64,000 nt of DNA, taken from Eledone cirrhosa (Eukaryota). Position 1 is the first letter of the stretch, and each line of letters opens with the position of its first letter. The stretch spans positions 10,478,001 through 10,542,000 of the forward strand of contig OZ024765.1 in the NCBI GenBank assembly GCA_964016885.1, written 5' to 3'. Below, one piece after another: positions 37,560-48,804 of the stretch. Made by a program: the position numbers and the translations under genes. Under the pieces are notes generated by a model. It worked only from the letters and a program-made list of their open reading frames with translations, was not told the DNA's origin and ran no database searches.

Positions 37560-38083
37560 GCGCCCCACCCACCAAACGCAATCCCAAACTTCAGAGTTGG
37601 TACCAATACACCCCCGTCCCACCACCTCCACCCCATCCACACACGCCCCTTTCAATGTAAAGCTATGTTGGTACCACAACATCCAGGCCGAAACAAATGA
37701 GGTCGTGTAGGTGTCACGACAAAAAAACACACAGTCCACGCTGTAATGTGGCCGTGTAGGCAACACGGTAAAAACCTCCCAGTCCCACACTGTAAACGTG
37801 GTTGGTGTTGGGAAGGGCACCCAGCCATAGAAAACCCGCCAGACGTGTAGGTGTCACGACAAAAAAACACACAGTCCACACTGTAATGTGGCCGTGTAGG
37901 CAACACGGTAAAAACCTCCCAGTCCACACTGTAAACGTGGTTGGTGTTGGGAAGGGCATCCAGCCATAGAAAACCCGCCAGACAGTCCTATGCGAGCAAG
38001 ACAATCACTCTTGCCTCAAGTGGGAAAACTCCCTTCCAAACCCATGCAAGCGTGGAAGATGGACGTTAAACGATGATGATGAT
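37560..38083 (+). mobile_element. Type 3 SINE with internal ~140 bp duplication
   Basis: 37705-37843 is repeated at 37845-37983; (GAT)n tail. Confidence 0.75.
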
Positions 38084-38228
38084 ACAATGATAGGATATAT
38101 GTATCGTAAGAGAGGAGGAGAAAGAGAGAGACAGAGAGATAGAGAGAGTTGAGATACAGATTACTAAATGCCGATAGCCGAAGTGAGGTGGGCTCTATGC
38201 TTGCGTTTGCAGTGTTAAATATTACAGA

Positions 38229-38412
38229 CGGTGGATTGGCAGTATCGGTAGAGGGTCGGACGCCATACTTTCCAGCATAGTTACGTCCCTTTACGATCTG
38301 AGTTCAAATCCCGCCGAGGTTGACTTTGCCTTTCATCCTTACGGGGTCGATAAAATAAAGTACCAGTAATGAACTGGGTAATTGCTGGCCTTGTGCCTAA
38401 AGTAGAAACAAA
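38229..38412 (+). mobile_element. Type 2 tRNA-SINE (full length)
   Basis: CGGTGGATTGGCAGTATCGGTAGAGGGTCGGAC head through GTAGAAACA tail. Extra head fragments at 38497-38596. Confidence 0.85.
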
Positions 38413-38685
38413 TATTTAGTAGAGTGTTCAAGCAGAGCAGGTATAAGCAAAATGAATAAACACATTTTCTCTGAAGAGCCTACATTATTCGTTAATGTGG
38501 ATTGGCAGTATTGGTAGAGGGTCGGACGCCATGTTAGGGCGGTGGATTGGCAGTATCGGTAGAGGGTCGGACGCCATGCTTTGACGCATAGAGTTACACA
38601 TATAAACACATATACATATACACATATATAGATATACACATATATACATATACACACATACACACATACACACTTCTGTACTTAC

Positions 38686-38974
38686 CAAGACCAGGAATGA
38701 AAATATTACATAGGAGACAAGTTATAGCCACTGGTTTTTTCATGGCCGGAATGATGTAGCGTAGAGATTGTTCATCCTGCGTGACTTTCTTATCCCTTGA
38801 CAGACTTTTCTTGGCAATTAACGGCGAAGGTGGAGGGCAAACATAGAATTGATTATGTTTATTGTAGCCCGGTCTGATTGGTTGTGTGTAACTAGTCTTA
38901 ATCATGTTTTCTTCCCTGTAATAGCGAGGAGCAGATAAAGGTGGTGCCCTACCCATACTGTATATAACTTGCAT
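38686..38974 (-). CDS. stum: Stum/SPEC3-family protein, exon 1
   Basis: AAAATG start at 38974. Ends IPAMKKPVAITCLLCNIFIPGLG|GTAAGT, the SPEC3/Stum IP.M...A..C...N...PG.GT motif. Confidence 0.88.
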
Positions 38975-39488
38975 TTTTAACCCTTTCCTCGCAATATTTC
39001 TAAGGAAACACTCTGTTTTGATTTTGGTTTGTTAATGAAGAATTTTGAGAGATTTACTTAAATTTTTGATTATTTCATTTTTTCTCTGGCTTTAATCATA
39101 TATTTCTGTGTATTATATTTGTGGAGTTCCAGATTTAATTTAAATAGCAACCTTTTAACCCTTTTATGATTGTATTTCTAATGAAATACACTCTATTTTA
39201 ATTAATTAAGGAAGAATTTTGTGTCATTTGCTAAAATTATAAAATTATTTCATTACTAAAGTAGTAACTTAACATATAGTTGTGCATTAAATTATATGGT
39301 GGACTTATGTAATAGCAAACGTTTTAATTATTGTATATAGTGACACTGAATGAATAGAAGTAACTATACATATACAAAGTTCTGTAAAATTATGTTGTAT
39401 TATTTTCATTCAAATAGAAAGCCTTTAAAATGGGTGATTTTGTTTCATAGAACTAGAGCTGGTTTTAGTCGAGTTGGTTTCAAAAGAG

Positions 39489-39689
39489 TTAACCCTTTAG
39501 CATTTACATTACTCTATATTTACTTCACATAATTATCTCACATAATATTGAATCTATGAGATTTTGATATTATTTATTTTGAGAACAATACCTTAACACA
39601 AGTATGAGTGGCTGGTTACAGCCAGTTTGAACAGAAAGAGGTGAGAGAATTCTGGCCGGATACAGCTGGTTTAAATGCTAAAGGGTTAA
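39489..39689. mobile_element. piggyBac-like MITE nested in older TTAA-ended elements
   Basis: TTAA|CCCTTTAGCATTT ... AAATGCTAAAGGG|TTAA. Confidence 0.85.
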
Positions 39690-40054
39690 TGAAGAATTTT
39701 GAGGGATTTACTCAGATTTATTTTAAATAGGAAACTTTTAACCCTTTCATGACTATATTTCTAATGAAATTAATTAATTTCTAATTTAATTAATTAATGA
39801 AGAATTTTTCTAAAATTACTAATTATTAAAATTGGGGACATTTCTTTCATAGAGGCAGAAGGGACTTTGACTGGGTTGGTATTAAAAGGGTTAAACTTGT
39901 TGCTGTTGTAGTTATTGTTGAGGTTGTTGTTGTTGTTGTTAATCCTGTAGTAGTAGCAGTAGTAGTAGTAGTAGTAGTAGTAGAAGTTACTACTATTAAT
40001 TCAATTATTGTTGTTGCTGTTAATCTTGTAGTAGTTACAGTAGAAGTAGTTACA

Positions 40055-40088
<34 letters not shown>

Positions 40089-40262
40089 ATACTACTATTA
40101 ATACAGTTGTTGCTGTTGTTGCTGCTGCAGCTGTTGTTAATCCAGTTGTTGTTGTTGTTAATCCAGTTGTTGTTGTTGTTAATCCAGTTGTTGTTGTTGG
40201 TAAGTCGTTTCTTTGATCAATTCTAATGGGAGAGAAAGAGAGAATGAACGAAAAAGTGATGT

Positions 40263-40342
<80 letters not shown>

Positions 40343-40429
40343 GGAGAGAGAGAGAGGGAGAGAGAGGAGAAGACTGGGAAGCTGTAGCATTCATGCTCTT
40401 CAAGGTAATTTAGTAAGCAGCATTAGGGG

Positions 40430-42150
40430 GTAGGCGTGAAAGCCAAGCTCACTGTCTTCAATTTGGTCTTTGTGCCAACCCTTATCTAAGGTCATGAATC
40501 TTGGGTAATGACTGAAAGAATATGATAGCGAATACAAGTGGCCGAAATTGGATTCCTCTGAAGAGTCTTTTGAGTAAGTTTACTCGATAAAGTGTGTAGC
40601 TTGGAGATCAGAGAGTCACTCCAGGTAGAGCTGCTATTTCTCTGAATTAAGAGATCACAGCTCTGATACTATGGCCATGTGGTTAGAATGTCTCAGGAAA
40701 GAATTACTGGAGATATTTGTAGCTTGGAGATGAGAGAGTCACTCCAGGTAGAGCTGCTACATCTCTGAATTGAGAAATCACAGCTCTGATACTATGGGCA
40801 TGTGGTTAGAATGTCTCAGGAAAGAATTGCTGGAGATATTTGTAGCTTGGAGATGAGAGAGTCACTCCAGGTAGAGCTGCTACATCTCTGAATTGAGAGA
40901 TCACAGCTCTGATACTATGGGCATGTGGTTAGAATGTCTCAGGAAAGAATTGCTGGAGATATTTGTTGCTTGGAGATCAGAGAGTCACTCCAGGTAGAGC
41001 CACTACTTCTCTGAATTGAGAGACCACAGCTCTGATACTATGGGCATGTGGTTAGAATGTCTCAGGAAAGAATTACTGGAGATATTTGTAGCTCAGAGAT
41101 CAGAGAGTCACTCCAGGTAGAGCTGCTACTTCTCTGAATTGAGAGATCACAGCTCTGATACTATGGGCATGTGGTTAGAATGTCTCAGGAAAGAATTACT
41201 GGAGATATTTGTAGCTTGGAGATGAGAGAGTCACTCCAGGTAGAGCTGCTACATCTCTGAATTGAGAAATCACAGCTCTGATACTATGGGCATGTGGTTA
41301 GAATGTCTCAGGAAAGAATTTCTGGAGATATTTGTAGCTCAGAGATCAGAGAGTCACTCCAGGTAGAGCCACTACTTCTCTGAATTGAGAGACCACAGCT
41401 CTGATACTATGGGCATGTGGTTAGAATGTCTCAGGAAAGAATTGCTGGAGATATTTGTAGCTTGGAGATGAGAGAGTCACTCCAGGTAGAGCTGCTACAT
41501 CTCTGAATTGAGAAATCACAGCTCTGATACTATGGGCATGTGGTTAGAATGTCTCAGGAAAGAATTTCTGGAGATATTTGTAGCTCAGAGATCAGAGAAT
41601 CACTCCAGGTAGAGCCACTACTTCTCTGAATTGAGAGACCACAGCTCTGATACTATGGGCATGTGGTTAGAATGTCTCAGGAAAGAATTGCTGGAGATAT
41701 TTGTAGCTTGGAGATGAGAGAGTCACTCCAGGTAGAGCTGCTACATCTCTGAATTGAGAAATCACAGCTCTGATACTATGGGTATGTGGTTAGAATGTCT
41801 CAGGAAAGAATTTCTGGAGATATTTGTAGCTCAGAGATCAGAGAGTCACTCCAGGTAGAGCTGCTACTTCTTTGAATTGAGAGATCACAGCTCTGATACT
41901 ATGGACATGTGGTTAGAATGTCTCAGGAAAGAATCACTGGACAGATTTTATAGGCAAAACCAATCGGCAGGAGACCCAGGGGTAGACCCTGAGCAAGATG
42001 GTTGGATAACATCCATGAGCTTGGCTGGTAGTGCTTGGGGATCCAGTCAGATCAATTGGAGACAGTTGCTTCTGACAGGACTCACTGGAAGGAGTGTTTG
42101 AGGATTCTCCCCACCCCATGCCCCTTGCAGGAATAAGTGGACGAAAAAGA
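40430..42150 (+). repeat. RTE LINE fragment containing an 11 x 123 bp tandem amplification
   Basis: Unit starts at 40596, 40719, 40842 ... 41826. Each unit encodes a decayed IRESLQVE.LLL.IERSQL.YYGHVVRMSQER; non-repeated RTE-like sequence follows. Confidence 0.9.
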
Positions 42151-42541
42151 AGCACTAGGAAAGAAATATACCAAACTGGAACTGTAACACAGATCCCACA
42201 CAAATTCAGCTCACCAAGAATTTTTGGGGATTTGATGTTTGGAACATAACATAACAAAGGTTCTTACATAGAATTATGATGGTATAAAGTGTTTGTCTTA
42301 GTGGTTAGAAAATTGAATTCACAATTTTGAGGTTGCAAGATTCCTGGGTTGGGTGATGCGATATATCCTTGAGCAAGACACTTTATTTCATGTTGCACTT
42401 TCTGTCAAGAGTTGTGACCAGTAAATACTATTAGCAATTGGAAAGACCAATGGAAACATTGTTTCCCTGGTTAAATTTGACGAGTTCCACCTCACCCGGT
42501 AAGCAAATACAGTCTGGGATCTTGTTGATTAATTAGATATA

Positions 42542-42600
<59 letters not shown>

Positions 42601-42603
<3 letters not shown>

Positions 42604-43025
42604 TAAGAGGAATTCCAACTTTGTCTGATTTACTCGTTTTATTTACAATCCTTTAAAATATATAATGGTATTATAATGAAATAGTATGATAGAATATTAA
42701 ATTCTAAGTGTTAATTGAACAAGTACTTTCATGCTTTCGCAATCTTCAGGTTCATAATATGTGGTGACAGTCAAGTTTGCAATTTTCAACTGTTGAAAAT
42801 TGCAAACTTGACTGTCACCACATATCATGAACCTGAAGATTGCGAAAGCATGAAAGTACTTGTTCAATTAACACTTAGAATTTAATATTCTATCATACTA
42901 TTTCATTATAATACCATTATATATTTTAAAGGATTGTAAATAAAACGAGTAAATCAGACAAAGTTGGAATTCCTCTTATTAATGTAATCTTCTATACACA
43001 ATCATACACACCCGTGTATATTTAC
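42601..43025. mobile_element. Near-perfect 190-bp-arm palindromic insert with two hammerheads
   Basis: Centre at 42791 (1-nt loop), arms 42601-42790 / 42792-42981, (TA)n flanks. Confidence 0.88.
42828..42866 (+). ncRNA. Minimal type I hammerhead (intact); mirror copy at 42716-42754 on -
   Basis: Helix I TGAAC/GTTCA, CTGAAGA, helix II TGC-GAAA-GCA, GAAAGTACTT^ with palindromic AAGTACTT. Confidence 0.87.
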
Positions 43026-43034
43026 CTATATATA

Positions 43035-43080
<46 letters not shown>

Positions 43081-43127
43081 CAGAGAAAAAGGAGACGTAA
43101 AATGAAATGATGATGATGATATATAAA

Positions 43128-43327
43128 AGTGGAGGGAAGACGCAGTAGAGGTAGACCACGAAAAACATGGGCGGAGGTGGTGCGAGCAGACCTCAGATCG
43201 CTGAAACTCACTGAGGAGATGATGAAGGACCGTGACGGGTGGAGAGATGCTGTGCTGAATAGGACACGCCCAACCCTTGCAAGCAGGGAAAAGCGGACGT
43301 AAAATGATGATGATGATGATGATGATG
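43128..43327 (+). pseudogene. RTE LINE 3' end
   Basis: RGRPRKTWAEVVRADLRSLKL..., (TGA)n tail. Confidence 0.85.
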
Positions 43328-43789
43328 AAAGGTCTAAAGTCTGTTTTAAGCCAGAAGACTCATTTGGCCAGTGCTTATCCCGGTTTCATGGTGTGAAGCG
43401 ACTGAGAGTACAAGACTCCCCCCCTGGACAGGACGCCAGTCCATCGCAGGGTTCAACCCCCAGCTATTGCTGGTACTCATTATCAGCCGAGAGTACTGGT
43501 GCAACCCAGGAATTGAACCCACGACATTATGATCGTCCAACACCCCTATATATGTGATGGTGCCATGGTAAAAAAAGCACCCAGCACTCACTGTAAATGA
43601 GGTTGGTGTTAGGAAGGGCATCCAGCTGTAGAAATCAAGCCAGAATCAGTTCCCGTATGAGCAAGACCTTGTCACCTGACCTGGCATTGCCCACAACAGT
43701 GCAATCCGTCTAACCCATGCTAGCGTGGAAGAATGGCCGTAAAACGGTGATATTGATGATGATGATGGTATATATATGTGTGTGTGTGT

Positions 43790-43879
<90 letters not shown>

Positions 43880-44031
43880 AACCTTTCAGTGAGAGGTTGA
43901 GAGGTAGTGAAATGTAGATCTACCTCTCTAACTTAGGAGGCCATATTACTCCAGATAGAGAGATTCAGCAATTTTCCCCAATCCTTCCTCTTATCACACT
44001 TTACTTTCTATTTATCTTCTATTTCTAACTA

Positions 44032-44067
44032 TCTTCTGATGAAGGACTAGTGTCCGAAACGTTAAGA
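44032..44067 (+). ncRNA. Minimal hammerhead, family A (best-preserved copy)
   Basis: Helix I TCTT/AAGA, CTGATGA 44036-44042, GGAC-TAGT-GTCC, GAAACGTT^ with palindromic AACGTT and no helix III loop. Confidence 0.8.
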
Positions 44068-44181
44068 CTCTCTTCCTACTATTTCAAGCGTTAAACTAAT
44101 ATATTTCTTCCATGTACTGTGTTGTTTGTTTTGTAATTTTTTCTTATTTTTCTTATTACTTTTACCTACATATATACAAAT

Positions 44182-44235
<54 letters not shown>

Positions 44236-44359
44236 AGGAGGTGAGTTTTATTGTAGAACAATAAACCAATGCAAATATCGGATAAGTAGCACTCAACAGT
44301 TTATTGGACTGGAGTATATATAAGAAGAAATTAAAAGATGGTTAAAAAAATTCCATGTA

Positions 44360-44426
44360 TTTTATTATGCGCATTTCAAAAACAAATATCATCCTGGGAC
44401 GATATTTGTGTTCTCATCAGATAAAA
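44360..44426 (-). ncRNA. Type I hammerhead (intact) in a non-palindromic copy (44234-44465) of the 22133 family
   Basis: Helix I TTTTAT/ATAAAA, CTGATGA, helix II ACAAATATC/GATATTTGT with a different loop from the 22391 copy, GAAATGCGCATA^. Confidence 0.85.
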
Positions 44427-45024
44427 TAGGGAGACATGATATGAGGCCTAAAAAAACACTTGTGATCAAGGAAGTGTATACTTTGGTTATGATAATATTT
44501 CTCCTTTATTAATATTTTGAATAATATTACTATCTAGTAGAATAATCGAGTATCGGAAAATCGGCTCACGAGTTTACGATAAACAAATTCAACATGAGTG
44601 GCAGAGGGCTCAATAATTCAGATAAATCAGAGCTATAACTATCGTTAAAATACCAACACACAAAGATTATGTCTAAAATCACCCATGCGGCCGAAAAATT
44701 ACGACCAGGAAGATTCGGGTCACTCAGATAAAATATCAATAAATCAATAAATCATATGAATGTAAAAAGCTATCTATGTAGATAGAGAGAGAGAGAGGGA
44801 GGCTGGTAGATTGATAGACATACAGAAAAATCGATAATTACATCAATAGTGCAAATATTTGCACTTTTTATTAAACTTCAACTTTCTTGAGTATATATTT
44901 ATTTACATGTTTGCCTGCACATGTAGACATGTGTGTACATGTATATGTGTATTGCTCCATATCTAAGTATGTGTGTATGTTTGTGATTATGTTTGTTTGT
45001 TTATATATCAGCATGTTTATATAT

Positions 45025-45747
45025 CAGGCATGTCAAACTGTGGGTCACAAGAGTGCCACATGGGTTACATATGTGATGTCTGAGGGCCACATGGGTTACA
45101 TATGTGTTGTCTGAGGGCCACATGGGTTACATATGTGTTGTCTGAGGGCCACATGGGTTACATATGCTGTTTGAGGACCACATGGGTCACATATATGCTG
45201 TCCGAGGGCCACACGTGTCACATATGTGTTGTCCGAGGGCCACATGGGTTACATGTGTTGTCAGGGTCACATGGGTTACGTGTTGTCTGAGTGCTACATG
45301 GGTTACATATGTGTTGTCTGAGGGCCACATGGGTTACGTATGTGTTGTCTGAAGGCCACAAGGGTTACGTATGTGTTGTCTGAGGGCCACATGGGTTACG
45401 TATGTGTTGTCTGAAGGCCACAAGGGTTACGTATGTGTTGTCTGAGGGCCACATGGGTTACATATGTGTTGTCTGAGGGCCACATGGGTTACATATGTGT
45501 TGTCTGAGGGCCACATGGGTTACATATGTGTTGTCTGAGGGCCACACATGACAACTAATTGCACACATTACAACTAAGATTTTTTATTTTATATTACGAT
45601 TGCGTTGTAAAAACCTTTGTGTGGGCTGCAAGTGTGCTGGTAAAGGGCCGTGTATGGCCCGTGGGCTGCATGTGTGCTGGTAAAGGGCCGTTTATGGCCC
45701 GTGGGCCGCAGGTGTGCTGGTAAAGGGCCGCATGTTTGACATGCCTG
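45025..45747. mobile_element. hAT-type non-autonomous element with internal 31-bp minisatellite
   Basis: TIR CAGGCATGTCAAAC/GTTTGACATGCCTG, TSD TTATATAT/GTATATAT (7/8), internal GAGGGCCACATGGGTTACATATGTGTTGTCT array 45053-45545. Confidence 0.85.
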
Positions 45748-45840
45748 GTATATATAACAGTTTAACTTCTCAGGGAGACAGCAGTTTTGAAGTTTCTTTG
45801 TGACTTTGTTAATAATTCATGTGCAAAGAACAAGTAGATC

Positions 45841-46234
45841 GATGGTGGCGATGGTGGTGGTGGTGGTGTTGTTGTGATGATGGTGGTGATGGTGGTGGTG
45901 GTGGTGTGATGGTGGTGGTGGTGGTGTTGTTGTGATGGTGGTGGTGGTGTTGTGATGGTGGTGGTGGTGGTGGTGTTGTGATGGTGGTGGTGGTGGCGAT
46001 GGTGGCGTTGTTGTTGCTGTTGTTGTGGTTGAGGTGTTGGTGATGGTGGTGGTGGTGGTGGTGGCGGCGGCGTTGGTGTTAGCGATGGTGGTGGTGGTGT
46101 TGTTGTTGCTGTTGTTGTTGTGGTGGTGGTGGTGGTGTTGTGGTGGCGATGGTGGTGGTGTTGTTGCTGTTGTTGAGGTGGTGGTGGTGGTGGCGGCGGC
46201 GATGGTGGTGTTGTAGTGGCGGCGGCGGCGATGG

Positions 46235-46285
<51 letters not shown>

Positions 46286-46560
46286 GGTGGTGGTGGTGGC
46301 AGCGGTGGTGTTGTTGTTGGTGGTGGTGGTGTTCGCGATGGTGTCGTTGTGTTGTTGTTGTGGTGGTGGTGGTGGTGGTGTCGATGGTTGTAGTTGTTGT
46401 TGTTGTTTGTGGTGTTGCGGTGGTTGTTGTTGTAGTTGTTGTTGTGGTGTTGGTGTTGTAGTTGTTGTGGTGTTGCGTTGTAGTTGTTGTTGTGGTGGTG
46501 GTGGTGATGATGATGTTATTGTTGTTTGTGTTGTTGTGGTGGTTGCTTTTGGTATTACTG

Positions 46561-46595
<35 letters not shown>
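45841..46595. repeat. (GGT/GTT/GAT)n compound trinucleotide tract
   Basis: Direct reading. Confidence 0.9.
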
Positions 46596-46778
46596 GTTAT
46601 ACAACCCCAGGCCAGACCTGACACATACACAGCTCTATGATCCAAGTTCTTTTAACAAACTTACCATTTAGTAGGGCCGTCTGTCTAGTTTTCCTCCAGA
46701 TATGGTATATGTATATCTAGGACTACACAAACTCCAATGTGTTCCTCTTGTCTTGGCGTTTATGTGTGTGTATATGTG

Positions 46779-46888
<110 letters not shown>

Positions 46889-46916
46889 AATGTATATATA
46901 CGTGAGCGCGCGTGTG

Positions 46917-46959
<43 letters not shown>

Positions 46960-47000
46960 ATGTATGTGTATATATATACGTGTGTGTATGTATGTGTATA

Positions 47001-47055
<55 letters not shown>

Positions 47056-47166
47056 ATATGTATGTGTATATATATATACGTGTGTATGTGTATATGTATG
47101 TGTATATATATATACGTGTGTATGTGTATATGTATGTGTATATATATATACGTGTGTGTGTATATG

Positions 47167-47205
<39 letters not shown>

Positions 47206-47411
47206 GTGTGTGTGTGTGTATATGTATGTGTATATATATATATACGTGTATGTGTATATGTATGTGTATATATATATATGTGTGTGTATATATATATATA
47301 TATATGTGTGTGTGAGTTGAGGTATATGTAGCTGCTATTTTTAGCAGCTCTTGCAACCAGTATGGTAACGCGGCGTTCACAGTGAATGTGTAGTGTATGT
47401 GTATATGTGTG

Positions 47412-47461
<50 letters not shown>

Positions 47462-47812
47462 AGAGTAGTGTATGTGTATGTGTGATTATATATATATATA
47501 TATGTGTGTATATGTATGTGAGAGTAGTGTATGTGTGATTACATATATATATATATATGTGAGTGTGTGAATGTAGTGTATGTATTTGTGATTATATATA
47601 TGTATGTATGTGAGTGTAGTGTATGTGTGTATGTTTGTGTGTGTGTATGATTGTGTGTGAGAGTAGTGTATGTGTTGTGTGTATGTGTAGTGGTGCGTGT
47701 GTGTGTGGTGTTTAGTATGTGCGCGTGTAGTGTGTGTATGTGTGATGTGTATATATGTGTATGTGATGTGTATGTGTATATGTATGTGATGTGTGTGTGT
47801 GTGTGTGTAGTG

Positions 47813-47843
<31 letters not shown>

Positions 47844-48804
47844 AGAATGTAGTGTGTGAAAGTGTGGTTGGTGATGTGGTAGTTGTTATTGTTATTGTTG
47901 TGGTTACGGTTGTTTAGCCCCAGGTCAACCCTGAACGAGCAAGTCTAAGAATCCACCCGTGACCATCTTGTAACTTTCTTCTTTTTTTTTTTTTTTCTAA
48001 CCTGGCATAGTATATCTTGGAGTACACGTTATCCAAGTCCAGTCTGTACTTTCCGTGTTGTTTTTCAGACGAAGGCAGTGTGTGATGAGAGAGAGAGAGA
48101 TAGACACAGAGAGAGAGGTAGATAGAGAGGTAGAGAGATAGACAGATAGGTAGAGAGATAGACAGAGAGGTAGAGAGATAGATAGAGAGGTAGAGAGAGA
48201 GAGAGGTAGACAGATAGAGAGGTAGAGAGATAGATAGAGAGGTAGAGAGATAGACAGAGAGGTAGAGATAGAGATAGATAGATAGACAGAGAGGTAGATA
48301 GAGAGGTAGAGAGATAGACAGAGAGGTAGAGAGTTAGACAGAGAGGTAGAGAGATAGATAGAGAGGTAGAGAGAGAGAGAGGTAGACAGATAGAGAGGTA
48401 GAGAGATAGATAGAGAGGTAGAGAGATAGAGAGAGCGGTAGAGAAATAAAGAGAGAGAGAGAGGGGTAGAAAGATGGAGAGGTAAAGAGATAGACAGAGA
48501 GGTAGAGAGATAGATAGAGAGGTAGAGAGATAAAGAGAGAGAGAGAGAGAAAGGTAGAAAGATAGAGAGGTAGAGAGATAGACAGAGATGTAGAGAGATA
48601 GATAGAGAGGTAGAGAGATTAAAAAAAAAAAGAGAGAGAGAGAGAGAGAGGTAGAAAGATAGAGAGGTAGATAGATAGATAGAATGTGAAAAACTATAGA
48701 TAGATAGGTAGATAGGGAGGTAGAGAGAGATCAAGAGAGGTAGAGAGATCAAGAGAGAGAGATCAAGAGAGAGGTAGAGAAGTAGAGAGAATGTGAAAAA
48801 CTAT

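Noticed and set aside
45762-46645. Poly-His/Thr/Pro/Gln ORFs
   Set aside because: Trinucleotide tract open in many frames, with no domain or splice support.
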